From positions 1 to 63,010 of the forward strand of contig JAAYAL010000081.1 in assembly GCA_012719395.1 (NCBI GenBank): a stretch of 63,010 bases of DNA. Direction: 5' to 3'. Numbering within the stretch: position 1 is the first letter of the stretch; each line of letters starts with the position of its first letter. A model generated the notes under the pieces. The model searched no databases and was not told the origin of the DNA. It saw nothing but the letters and a program-made list of their open reading frames with translations. Of the stretch, positions 1-10,200 are shown piece by piece. A program made the position numbers and the translations under genes. This DNA is from Gaiellales bacterium (GTDB lineage: Bacteria; Actinomycetota; Thermoleophilia; RBG-16-64-13).

Positions 1-550
1 GGGTGTGACGCAGCGATTGGGAGAGTACTCGCGGGGCATGAGGCAGAGGCTGGGCCTGGCCCAGGCGCTGGTCAACGCGCCGCAGTTGCTCCTGCTGGAT
101 GAGCCCACCAGTGCCCTCGACCCCTTGGGGCGCAAGAACGTGTTGGATATGGTTCAGTCGTTGCGCGGCCGGACCACGGTCTTCTTCTCCACGCATATCC
201 TCTCCGATGTGGAGCGCGTCTGCGATTCAGTGGCCATCATCAACCGCGGGCGGCTGATAGCAGAATCGTCCATGGACGATCTCCTCAGGCAGTATGGGCG
301 ACAATGGATCCGCTTGGAGGTGGAGGCACCCCCTTGCGAGATGGCGCAGGCGGTGGCCGGGTTCCCCTGGCTTGTGGAGAGCAAGGAGGTGGAGGGTGGT
401 CTGCGCTTGGCGGTGCGCGATGTGAGGGCGGCCCAGAAGGCGGTTCCTGAGATGCTGGCCGCCCGAGGTTGGGGCCTTCGGCGCTTCGAGGTGGAGGAAG
501 CGGGTTTGGAGGATGTCTTCGTGCAGCTTGTGGGGGAGGCCGCAGAATGA
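1..550 (+). CDS. ABC transporter ATP-binding protein, C-terminal part (5' end outside window)
   Basis: Translation carries the ABC signature/Walker B/H-loop region: ...[30 protein letters not shown]...[18 protein letters not shown]... The ORF runs to the window edge. ABC-2 type, paralogous to the ATPase at 59854. Confidence 0.85.
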   Translation, partial: GVTQRLGEYSRGMRQRLGLAQALVNAPQLLLLDEPTSALDPLGRKNVLDMVQSLRGRTTVFFSTHILSDVERVCDSVAIINRGRLIAESSMDDLLRQYGRQWIRLEVEAPPCEMAQAVAGFPWLVESKEVEGGLRLAVRDVRAAQKAVPEMLAARGWGLRRFEVEEAGLEDVFVQLVGEAAE

Positions 551-1311
551 GAGGATTCGCCCCGCTTTTCCGCAAGGAGTTGCGCGAGATGCGGCGGACG
601 GCGCGGCTCTGGGTTCTACCCGGCATCATGCTGTTCTTCGCCCTGACCGCGCCGCTTCTTGCCAAGCTGACTCCGATCCTGCTCAACTCGGGTGCCCTCG
701 CCGAAGAAGGCGTGGTCATACAGGTTGCAGACCCCACCTACCTGGATGCGTATCGCTCCTTCTCCCAGAATCTCACCCAACTGATGATCATGGCCGTCAT
801 CATCGCTGCCGGCGGCCTCGTGTCCGGCGAGGTACGGAAAGGCACGGCCGCCCTGGTGTTGGCGAAGCCGGTTTCGCGGGCGGCGTTCGTGCTGGCCAAG
901 GGCGCGTCGCAGGCCCTGCTGGTGCTTGTCACCGCGCTGGTGGGAGCCGCGGGCTCCTGGGCGGCCACCTACCTGGCCTTTGGCGAGGCCCCGGTGGCCG
1001 CCCTGGTGGCGGGGGTCGGGTTGTGGACGGTGATGGCTCTCCTGTTCAGTGCAGCCATGCTGGTGATTTCGGCGGGGGTGGCGTCGCAGCCCGGTGCGGC
1101 CGGGATCGGCTTGGGCGCGTACGCGCTCTTGGCGGTGCTCTCCCTTTGGAGCGCGGCCAAGCGCTTCACCCCGGCAGGCCTCTTCGATGCGGTGTATGCG
1201 GCGCTCGCCGGGGAGAGCGCGTCGTTGCTGTGGCCGGCGCTCACTGGTCTTGTTGGTGCGGGCCTGCTGTTGACGGGGGCGGTGGCCGTGTTCCGCACGA
1301 GAGAGATATAG
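547..1311 (+). CDS. ABC-2 family transporter permease
   Basis: ATG at 547 overlaps the upstream stop (ATGA). Product is hydrophobic and multi-TM ([17 protein letters not shown]..., about 6 predicted TM segments). Translationally coupled to the ATPase. Start chosen by the ATGA overlap rather than the longer ORF beginning at 469. Confidence 0.7.
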   Translation: MRGFAPLFRKELREMRRTARLWVLPGIMLFFALTAPLLAKLTPILLNSGALAEEGVVIQVADPTYLDAYRSFSQNLTQLMIMAVIIAAGGLVSGEVRKGTAALVLAKPVSRAAFVLAKGASQALLVLVTALVGAAGSWAATYLAFGEAPVAALVAGVGLWTVMALLFSAAMLVISAGVASQPGAAGIGLGAYALLAVLSLWSAAKRFTPAGLFDAVYAALAGESASLLWPALTGLVGAGLLLTGAVAVFRTREI

Positions 1312-1361
1312 CTGCAGCGGGTGAAGGCGCCGGTCCCAAGCGGGGGCCTGAGGCCTCGAGC

Positions 1362-2606
1362 TCAGGCGTGGTGCAGGATTCTACCCAACAGCGGTCGGTC
1401 TATCTCGATGGCCCGCTGTGGGCACATCTCCTGGCAGCAGTAGCAGCGGATGCATCTGCTGTAGTGGTGCACCGGGGGGCGACGAGGAGCCGATGAGCCC
1501 GGTGCGGTCGGCGGGTTGGTCTCCGGCTCGGCTATGAGTGGAGCGTCAGGCCCTACTGCGGCGAGGCCCGGGTCCTCAGCGAACGCGACGGCTTCTGGTG
1601 TCACCGGGCAGACTCTGACGCAGGTGCCGCAGGCCGTGCACAGGTCCGGCCTGATGGCAGGCCGGGGGACCACGAGATTGCGCGCCAGGCGCCCCCAGCG
1701 ACCGGATATTCCGGTGGTGGAGCCGGGGCGCCGGTTGATCACAAATGAGGGAACGACAAGGGGTTCCAGGGGGTCACCAAGCAGTTCGATGTGCGAATAG
1801 CTGCCCAACCCGTACTCCTGGCCCCAGCGCACGGTGACCACCAGGGCGGGATCAAGGCCAACAAGCCTGCAGGCGACCGCGTCCAGCGCCACCGGGTCAG
1901 AGGAGAGCAGCAGGGCGGACAGCTGACGGGGGTCTCCACTGCGCGGTCCGTTTCCCTCCATGGCGACGATGGCATCCATGACAAACAGCCGGGGTTGCAG
2001 CAGGCGGTTGAGATCCACCAGCATCTGCCCGAAGCGGTCCATGGTTCCCATACGCAGGTGGAACTCGCTTTTGAGCAGCCCGGGAATACAGCCGAACTGG
2101 TTCTTGACCGCCCCCGTCATGCGGGTGAGGCCGTGCGCCTTGAGCTTGGGAAGCGACACGATGCCGTCGGCGTCCAGGGCGGCGGCCGCTACGGTGAACT
2201 GCTTGTTCTGCCGCCCATCGGGGAATGATACTGAGCGGCCGGTGGCGAAGTCGGCAGGCCTTATCCCTTCGGCTTCAGCCACCTCCACGAGTCCGCTCCT
2301 GTGGGCGGCGCCCATGGTGGTGCCGAAGCCGGGAGAATCGCCGTAGGTGAGTACGGCGCCGCATCGCTTCAGGTGCCGTGCAACTCCACGGAACACGGCA
2401 GGGTGCGTGGTCACTGCCTGGGAAGGCCGGCTCCCTACCAGCAGATTCGGTTTCAGAAGGATGTGCTCGCCCGGTCGAGCGAAGGTTTCGGCTCCGCCCA
2501 GCAGATCCAGACCCCGGCCGATCGCCTGCTCCACCCCCACCTCCTCATAGGTGGGGCAGTGGAGGACGGCCACGCGGGAAGGCTCCTGCCATTTGCCCAT
2601 GCGCAT
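1362..2606 (-). CDS. DUF362 domain protein fused to 4Fe-4S ferredoxin-type domain
   Basis: N-terminal VAVLHCPTYEEV..ILLKPNL.. is typical of DUF362. The C-terminus has two Cys clusters (CTACGTCVRVCP and CIRCYCCQEMCP) typical of a dicluster ferredoxin. Start is uncertain: ATG at 2606 or 2600, GTG at 2636. Confidence 0.6.
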   Translation of the reverse strand: MRMGKWQEPSRVAVLHCPTYEEVGVEQAIGRGLDLLGGAETFARPGEHILLKPNLLVGSRPSQAVTTHPAVFRGVARHLKRCGAVLTYGDSPGFGTTMGAAHRSGLVEVAEAEGIRPADFATGRSVSFPDGRQNKQFTVAAAALDADGIVSLPKLKAHGLTRMTGAVKNQFGCIPGLLKSEFHLRMGTMDRFGQMLVDLNRLLQPRLFVMDAIVAMEGNGPRSGDPRQLSALLLSSDPVALDAVACRLVGLDPALVVTVRWGQEYGLGSYSHIELLGDPLEPLVVPSFVINRRPGSTTGISGRWGRLARNLVVPRPAIRPDLCTACGTCVRVCPVTPEAVAFAEDPGLAAVGPDAPLIAEPETNPPTAPGSSAPRRPPVHHYSRCIRCYCCQEMCPQRAIEIDRPLLGRILHHA

Positions 2607-2709
2607 ATGATACGGCTTCCACGTCTCCCGCTCCACGCCCCGGGGTGTTGTCTTGGCCGAAGTGGGGAAGAACTAGACAGGCAACGCGTTTCCGAAGAGG
2701 AGGGGGGGA

Positions 2710-2906
2710 TGGAGCTGACGTTGACATCGGAGCAGGCGAAGATCCTCGACGAGGTGCTGCAATCCAACCTCCATCAGTTGCTGCTGGAGATCGCCCACAC
2801 CGACTCAAGGAGCGGGCACACGGAACTCATGCGCCGGCATGAGGTGATCTGCGGCATGAGAGAGCAGCTGATCAGGGCGCAGGCGACCGAAGAGGTCAGC
2901 CTCTGA
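2710..2906 (+). CDS. small hypothetical protein (65 aa, predicted helical)
   Basis: ORF MELTLTSEQAKILDEVLQSNLHQLLLEIAHTDSRSGHTELMRRHEVICGMREQLIRAQATEEVSL, preceded by a purine-rich GAGGAGGGGGGG. No homolog recognised. It may be a spurious call. Confidence 0.3.
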
Positions 2907-2960
2907 GGAGATGCCGGGCGGCGGGCATGAGCCCGCCGCCCCCTGTGTCAGTATCGTGGC

Positions 2961-5900
2961 CTAGGCGGGCGTGGCCTCGGCGGCATCGGCAATGCTCCGA
3001 TGGTAGGCCTGCAGTGACTGCACCGGTTCGGAGGCGTCTTTCATGGCGGCAATCCCCTTGGCGGCTGCCACCGCGGCCGCTGTGGTGGTGATGTAGGGCA
3101 CTCTCAGGCGGATGGCGGCCTTGCGGATGTAAGAGTCGTCGAATTCGCTGCTCTTGCCGGCCGGCGTGTTGACCACCAGCTGGATCTCGCCGTTCTTGAT
3201 GGCATCCTCAATGTTGGGTCGCCCTTCATGCATCTTGAGGATGGGCTCCGCCTCGATGCCGGCGTCTGCCAGGAAGGCTCGCGTGCCCTCAGTGGCCTTG
3301 ATGCGGAAGCCCAAGCGGGCGAACTCCTGCGCCGCCGGAAGCAGCCCTCCTCGATCCCGCTCCGCGACTGTGATGAGGACGGTGCCACCCAGCGGCAGAC
3401 GTTGCTGGGCCGCTTCCTGGGCTTTGAAGAAGGCCAGGTCAAAGGAGCCCGCCAGTCCCAAGACCTCACCGGTGGAGCGCATCTCCGGCCCCAAGAGGGG
3501 ATCAACCTCCGGGAACATGTTGAAGGGGAAGACGGCTTCCTTGACACCATAGTGCGGGATGGACTGGCGCCGGGGCCCGAGTTCCTTCAACGTTGCGCCC
3601 AGCATGAGCTGAGTGGCCAGTCGGGCCATCTGGATATCACACACCTTGGAGACGAGCGGAACCGTCCGCGAGGCGCGGGGGTTGGCCTCCAACACGTAGA
3701 CCGTGTCTTCCGCAATGGCGTATTGCATGTTCATGAGACCGACCACTCCCAGATCGTGGGCGATGCGCTCCGTGTAGTCGTTGATGGTGGCAAGGTGCTT
3801 CTCGGGGATGGTGACGGGGGGGATGACGCAGGCCGAGTCACCGGAATGGACGCCGGCGTACTCAATGTGCTCCATGACCGCCGGTACGAAGACCTCGTGG
3901 CCGTCGGAGAGGGCGTCGGCCTCGCACTCGATGGCGTTCTCCAGGAACTTGTCAATGAGAATGGGCCGTTCTGGTGTGACGTCCACCGCGGCGCGCATGT
4001 ACTCACGGAGCATGTCCTCATCGTGGACGATCTCCATCCCGCGTCCCCCCAGCACGTATGAGGGCCGGACCATCAGCGGGTAGCCGATCCGTGCCGCCAC
4101 AGCCAGTGCTTCCTCCACCGTGGTGGCCATGCCCGCCTCGGGCATGGGGATGCCGAGTCTGTCCATTATCGTGCGGAAGCGATCGCGGTCCTCGGCCAGA
4201 TCGATGGCCTCCGGTGAGGTCCCTATGATCTTGACCCCGGCTGCCTCCAGCTGCCGGGCGATGTTGAGCGGGGTCTGCCCTCCGAACTGGCAGATGACGC
4301 CTTCCGGCCTCTCTTTCTCCCAGATGGCCAGCACGTCCTCCACGGTGAGCGGCTCGAAGTAAAGCTTGTCCGAGGTGTCATAGTCGGTGGATACCGTCTC
4401 CGGGTTGCAGTTGACCATAATGGACTCGTAGCCGGCATCGCGCAGGGCGAAGGCGGCGTGCACACAGCAGTAGTCGAACTCTATGCCTTGGCCGATACGG
4501 TTGGGGCCGCCACCCAGCACCATGATCTTGCGACGGTTACTCACGGGGACGGTATCCGGGGCGTTGTAGGTGGAGTAGTAGTAGGCGGCATTCTCCACGC
4601 CGCTCACCGGTACGGGTTGATAGCCATGGATCAGGCCGAGCGCCAAGCGCTGCTCGCGGACCAGCGGCTCCGGCACCTCCAGCAACTTGGCCAGATAGGC
4701 ATCGGCGAAGCCGTCCTTCTTGGCCCTGCTCAGCAGCTCATCGGGAAGGATGTTCCCCTTGTGAACCAGAATCTCCTCCTCGAGCTCCACCAGTTCCTCC
4801 ATCTGCTGGAGGAACCACTCCTTTACGTGCGTCCGCGCGGAGATCGTGGCCACGGGGACGCCCTTGCGCAGCGCCTCGTAGATGATGAAGTGGCGCTCGC
4901 TGGACGGCTCCGCGAGCATGCCCAGCAGCTCGTCCGCCGAGCGGCTGTTGAAGTCCTTGGCGAAGCCCAGCCCGTAGCGCCCGATCTCCAGCGAGCGGAT
5001 AGCTTTCTGCAATGATTCCTTGTAGTTCTTGCCGATGGACATGACCTCGCCCACGGCCCGCATCTGCGTCCCCAGCCTGTCCATGGAGCCGCGGAATTTC
5101 TCGAAGGCCCAGCGCGCGAACTTGACCACCACGTAGTCGCCGGAGGGTGTGTACTTCTCCAACGTGCCGTCCCGCCAGTAGGGGATCTCGTCGAGCGTGA
5201 GCCCACCGGCCAGCAACGAGCTGACCATGGCGATAGGGAAGCCGGTGGCCTTCGATGCCAGCGCCGAAGAGCGCGACGTGCGGGGGTTGATCTCGATGAT
5301 GACCACGCGATCCGTCTGGGGATCATGGGCGAACTGGACGTTGGTCCCACCGATGACGCCGATGGCCTCCACGATGTCGTAGGAGTGCTTCTGCAGCCTG
5401 GCCTGCAGGGCGGGGTCAATGGTCAGCATGGGCGCCGTGCAGTAGCTGTCCCCCGTGTGCACGCCCATGGCGTCAACGTTCTCGATGAAGCACACGGTGA
5501 TCATCTGGTTCTTGGCGTCGCGCACCACCTCGAGCTCCAACTCCTCCCAGCCCAGCACCGACTCCTCCACCAGCACCTGTCCCACGAGGCTGGCGGCGAT
5601 GCCTCGTGCCACGATCACCCGCAACTCCTCGACGTTGTACACCAGCCCACCACCCGTTCCCCCCATGGTGTAGGCGGGGCGGATGACCACGGGATAGCCC
5701 AAGTCGGCGGCCACCGTCTCCGCTTCCTCCATGCTGTAGCAGACCCGGCTCTTGGGCATCTCGATGCCCAAGCGGTTCATGGTCTCCTTGAAGGCCAGCC
5801 GGTCTTCGCCTCGCTCGATGGCATCCGCCGCCACGCCGATGATCTTCACGCCGAACTTGTCCAGCACGCCGTTGCGGTGCAGATCAGAAGACAGATTGAG

Positions 5901-6185
5901 GCCTGATTGCCCGCCCAGGTTCGGCAGCAGCGAGTCCGGGCGGGAAGCCTCGATCACGGCGGCAAGCGAGTCCACGTTCAACGGCTCGATGAACGTGAGA
6001 TCAGCCATGACCGGGTCGGTCATGATGGTGGCCGGATTTGAGTTCACCAGGACGATCTCGTAGCCAAGGCTGCGCAGCGCCTTGCAGGCCTGCGTGCCCG
6101 AGTAGTCGAATTCGCATGCCTGGCCGATGATGATGGGGCCGGAACCGATGATCATGACTCGCTTCACGTCGTCACGGCGCGGCAT
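2961..6185 (-). CDS. carB: carbamoyl-phosphate synthase large subunit
   Basis: 1075-aa product begins MPRRDDVKRVMIIGSGPIIIGQACEFDYSGTQACKALRSLGYEIVLVNSNPATIMTDP.... It shows the duplicated ATP-grasp halves and a C-terminal MGS-like domain. Start ATG is set at 6185; the longer ORF to 6383 has no support. Confidence 0.9.
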   Translation of the reverse strand: MPRRDDVKRVMIIGSGPIIIGQACEFDYSGTQACKALRSLGYEIVLVNSNPATIMTDPVMADLTFIEPLNVDSLAAVIEASRPDSLLPNLGGQSGLNLSSDLHRNGVLDKFGVKIIGVAADAIERGEDRLAFKETMNRLGIEMPKSRVCYSMEEAETVAADLGYPVVIRPAYTMGGTGGGLVYNVEELRVIVARGIAASLVGQVLVEESVLGWEELELEVVRDAKNQMITVCFIENVDAMGVHTGDSYCTAPMLTIDPALQARLQKHSYDIVEAIGVIGGTNVQFAHDPQTDRVVIIEINPRTSRSSALASKATGFPIAMVSSLLAGGLTLDEIPYWRDGTLEKYTPSGDYVVVKFARWAFEKFRGSMDRLGTQMRAVGEVMSIGKNYKESLQKAIRSLEIGRYGLGFAKDFNSRSADELLGMLAEPSSERHFIIYEALRKGVPVATISARTHVKEWFLQQMEELVELEEEILVHKGNILPDELLSRAKKDGFADAYLAKLLEVPEPLVREQRLALGLIHGYQPVPVSGVENAAYYYSTYNAPDTVPVSNRRKIMVLGGGPNRIGQGIEFDYCCVHAAFALRDAGYESIMVNCNPETVSTDYDTSDKLYFEPLTVEDVLAIWEKERPEGVICQFGGQTPLNIARQLEAAGVKIIGTSPEAIDLAEDRDRFRTIMDRLGIPMPEAGMATTVEEALAVAARIGYPLMVRPSYVLGGRGMEIVHDEDMLREYMRAAVDVTPERPILIDKFLENAIECEADALSDGHEVFVPAVMEHIEYAGVHSGDSACVIPPVTIPEKHLATINDYTERIAHDLGVVGLMNMQYAIAEDTVYVLEANPRASRTVPLVSKVCDIQMARLATQLMLGATLKELGPRRQSIPHYGVKEAVFPFNMFPEVDPLLGPEMRSTGEVLGLAGSFDLAFFKAQEAAQQRLPLGGTVLITVAERDRGGLLPAAQEFARLGFRIKATEGTRAFLADAGIEAEPILKMHEGRPNIEDAIKNGEIQLVVNTPAGKSSEFDDSYIRKAAIRLRVPYITTTAAAVAAAKGIAAMKDASEPVQSLQAYHRSIADAAEATPA

Positions 6186-6534
6186 AGGTGCTCCTCTGCA
6201 AATGATGTGTGAATCGGCGGCGCCGGCTTCAACGGCGCCGCCGCGTGCCATTCTACCCCTGCCGGCGGACCTCCTGTGAGCGCCGCAGGGCTTGCTCGTG
6301 GGCACGTTCCCAGCTTCCGGGGCGTTTGACGCGTTCCACCGCAGCCAAGCCCGCGGCAGCCGTGCGGCCCGGCCGGAAGGCATCGGATGTCAGTGTGCTG
6401 TGCCGTCAGTCGGTACCGGCACGGTGGTTCAGAGGAAGAAGCCTGCCAACGCGCCGGCGCACACCGTCTCCGTGTCAACTCCGGGTCTGCAGGGGCGTGA
6501 GAGCGACCGTTGATGCGGCAAGGAAGCCTCTTTA

Positions 6535-6552
6535 TATCAACAATCGTTGATA
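6535..6552. promoter_or_regulatory. palindromic operator candidate TATCAAC-N4-GTTGATA immediately upstream of the TetR gene
   Basis: Perfect 7-bp inverted repeat with a 4-bp spacer in a local AT-rich patch, ending 2 bp before the TetR ATG. This is the classic placement for a TetR autoregulatory operator. Confidence 0.4.
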
Positions 6553-6553
6553 A

Positions 6554-7261
6554 ATGGTACGATGCGATCGGATGCAACCAGGACATCATCCAGAATCTGG
6601 TGTCTTACTTGGCTCGCCCGTCAAGCGCGGGAGGCGGCAGGGACCGAGCCGCACGCGGGACGCGATACTGGATGCTGCCCGCAAGTGCTTTGGAGAGATG
6701 GGGTACCAGAAGGCCACGCTGCGGCGAATCGGTGCTGAGGCCGGCGTCGACCCGGCCCTGGTCCTGCAGTTCTTCACCAGCAAGGAACAACTCTTCCGCA
6801 TGGCGGTGAAGTTACCCCTCGAGCCCTCGGCGCTGCAGATGGCCGTGCCGAGGGATGCCGGCCGCAATCTCGGATCCCGGGTCGTCCGAACGTATCTGCA
6901 GCTGTGGGAGTCTCCGGAGGCCAGAGACACCTTGACGGCCATGTTGGTCAGCGCTGGCACCCACGACGACGCGCTCCGAGCGATCCAGCACTATCTGAGG
7001 GACCACGCCATGAAGCCCGTTGCGGCCGAGATACGCTCGGACGCCCGGCGCACTCGCATTGCACTGGCCACCAGCCAGTTGGTGGGCTTGGCATACGCCC
7101 GCTACGTCATGAAGATGGGACCGCTGGCACGAGCATCCGTGGACCGCTTGGTGGAACTCGTCGCCCCCATTATTGATCACTACCTCACAGGAGATCTCGC
7201 CGGCACAGTTGTGTCTTGTTCAGAGATAACACCGCGCCCACGGGAGTCGAGTGGTGCCTGA
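6554..7261 (+). CDS. TetR/AcrR family transcriptional regulator
   Basis: N-terminal HTH ...SRTRDAILDAARKCFGEMGYQKATLRRIGAEAGVDPALVLQFFTSKEQLF.... The true start may lie downstream (for example near 6617) because the operator abuts the annotated ATG. Confidence 0.8.
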   Translation: MVRCDRMQPGHHPESGVLLGSPVKRGRRQGPSRTRDAILDAARKCFGEMGYQKATLRRIGAEAGVDPALVLQFFTSKEQLFRMAVKLPLEPSALQMAVPRDAGRNLGSRVVRTYLQLWESPEARDTLTAMLVSAGTHDDALRAIQHYLRDHAMKPVAAEIRSDARRTRIALATSQLVGLAYARYVMKMGPLARASVDRLVELVAPIIDHYLTGDLAGTVVSCSEITPRPRESSGA

Positions 7262-10200
7262 GGTGGGGCAGGGCTGTGCGATAGGCCTGGATATTGGGTC
7301 CACAACGGTCAAGATGGTGGTGTTGGATGAGGGGCTGCGTCCCATGCACCACTGCTACCGTCGCCACCACTCCGACACCCGCTCCGCTGTGCAGAATCTC
7401 CTGTGCCAAGCGGTCACCATTGTGGAAGACAGACCGGTTCGGTTGCGGATAACCGGGTCGGGTGGACTGGGCCTGGGCAAACGGTTGGGTCTTGAGTTCG
7501 TGCAGGAGGTTGTGGCAGTTCGCACTGCCGTCCGTTGCCTCGCGTCGGATGCGGACGTCGTGATCGAACTGGGTGGTGAAGACGCCAAGATTGTCTATCT
7601 TTCGGGCAGCGTGGAAGAGCGGATGAACGGGAGCTGCGCCGGCGGCACCGGCGCGTTCCTCGACCAGATGGCCTCCCTTCTGCGGACCGATGCTGCCGGA
7701 CTGGACGCGCTGGCGGCAGACGCCACCACCATCTACCCCATCGCAGCCCGCTGCGGGGTGTTCGCCAAGACCGACGTCCAACCGCTCCTCAATCAGGGAG
7801 CGCGGAGAGAGGACGTCGCGGCCTCGATTCTACAGTCGGTGGTGACCCAGACCATCAGCGGGCTGGCCTGTGGCCGCCCCATCCGCGGCAACGTGGTGTT
7901 TCTGGGCGGGCCGCTCAACTACCTACCCCAGCTCCGCAAGCGTTTCGTGGCGACATTGGGGCAGGATCTGACCTCGGCGGTGTGCCCGGCCAACGCTCAT
8001 TTGGTGGTGGCCACGGGCGCCGCGCTGTGTGCGCGCGAAGGCACGCCGGACTCGCTCGCCCGCGTTCTTGAGGAGCTCAGCGCCCTTGACGCCGGCATCA
8101 CCTCCAAGGGCATCCTTCAGCCCCTCTTCGCGTCGGCGGAGGAGTTTGCCGGTTTCTCTGACCGTCATGGGAGTTCGATCGTGCCCCGACGTGACCTTGA
8201 CACGTTCAGCGGGCCGGCCTATCTGGGGATCGACGCCGGGTCTACCACGTTCAAATTGGCGCTGGTCGGCTCGGAGGGAGAACTGCTCTATTCGTGTTAC
8301 GGCGCCAACCGTGGAGACATCATCGCGTCGGCCACCCGCGCCTTGCGCGAACTGTACCGGCGGTTGCCTTCCACGGCCACGATCGCCTCGTCCGTGGTCA
8401 CCGGCTACGGCGAAGGCCTCCTGCACACTGCCCTCCGCGTGGACCGCGGTGAGATCGAGACCATCGCCCACGCCCGCGCGGCCCGCGAGCTCGCGCTCGA
8501 TGTCGACTTTATCCTCGATATCGGGGGTCAGGATATGAAGTGCCTGCACATCACGGACGGAGTCATCGATCGCATCATGCTGAACGAAGCCTGCTCCTCC
8601 GGCTGCGGGTCATTCATCGAGACCTTCGCCGATTCGCTGGGGCTCTCTCTCAGCCGTTTCGTGTTCCACGCGCTGTTCGCGGAGAACCCTGTGGATCTAG
8701 GCTCGCGCTGCACGGTCTTCATGAACTCGCGCGTGCGGCAGGCGCAGAAGGAGGGCGCGAGCGTAGCCGACATCGCGGCCGGGTTGTGCTATGCGGTGGT
8801 GAAGAACGCTCTGTACAAGGTCATCCGCATCCGCGACCTTTCGGAACTGGGGGCACGCGTGGTGGTGCAGGGCGGCACCTTTGCCAACGACGCCATCCTC
8901 CGTGCTTTCGAGCGCCTCACGGGGCGTGAGGTGCTTCGCCCGGACATCGCAGGTCTGATGGGGGCTTGGGGGGCGGCTCTCCTTGCTCGGGACCACGCCG
9001 GGCCTGATGCCACCTCTTCCCTGCTCTCTGTTGACGAGATCGATCGCCTGACGTTGGAGCAACATACCTCCCGCTGCCGCGGGTGTTCCAATGCCTGCCT
9101 TCTGACCATCAGCCGCTTCGACGGCAACCGCTCATACACCTCCGGGAATCGCTGTGAGAGGGGCGGGGCAGGCGGCACGGAGGGGAAGGCGGCGGCCACC
9201 GCTTCGGCCGCCGCCGCGCTCAACGCGCCCAATCTCCCCCGCTACAAGTACCACCGGATCTTTGACTATGAGCCGCTCCCCCTGAAAGAGGCCCCTCGTG
9301 GGACGGTTGGCATTCCGAGAGCTCTCAACATGCACGAGAACTACCCATTCTGGTTCACGTTTTTCTCGCGCCTGGGCTTCCGCGTCATCCTCTCGTCGCG
9401 CACCACGGGCCGCACCTACCAGACGGGCATAGACTCCATCCCCTCGGAGTCCGTCTGCTACCCGGCCAAGCTCGCTCACGGCCACGTGGAAGACCTCATA
9501 GCACGAGGCGTGAAGCGCATCTTCATGCCGTGTGTACGTTGGGAGAGAAGCGAGGACGCCGAAGCATCAAACCACTTCAACTGCCCAATTGTCATGAGCT
9601 ACCCTGAGGTGCTCAAGCTCAACATCGAACGCCTCGCCAATGAAGGAATCGATTTCCGCAACCCCTTCCTCCCCTACCACGACAAACGAGCGCTGGTGCA
9701 CCGACTGCACGAAGTGGTGGCGGATTGGGGGCCCACGCGGGCGGAGATCAAAAAGGCCGTGGAGGCGGCCTGGGCGGAGGATCGTAGGTTCAAGCAGGAC
9801 ATCCGGGACCAGGGGAGGGCGGCGCTTGAGTGGATGGAGCGCACCGGCGGCCGCGGCATCGTATTGGCCGGGCGACCCTATCATCTGGACCCGGAGATTG
9901 GCCACGGCATCCCCCAGATGATCGAGCGCCTGGGGCTGGCCGTGCTCACCGAGGACAGTGTGGCCTGGATGGCCAAGCCGCCCCGTCCGCTCCGTGTCCA
10001 CGATCAATGGATGTATCACACGCGCCTGTACGCGGCGGCAACTGCGGTGACCGCCCGGGAAGACCTGGAACTGGTGCAACTCAACTCCTTCGGGTGTGGT
10101 CTCGATGCTCTGACCGTGGATCAGGTGGGAGAGATCCTGGCTGCGGCCGGCCGCATCCACACCGTCCTGAAGATCGATGAGATCAGCAACATGGGCGCCG

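Noticed and set aside
6530-6553. AGAGGCUUCCUUGCC on the minus strand, superficially like a PyrR-binding loop upstream of carB
   Set aside because: It does not match the conserved UCCAGAGAGGCU core, is 350 nt from carB, and coincides with the TetR operator palindrome.
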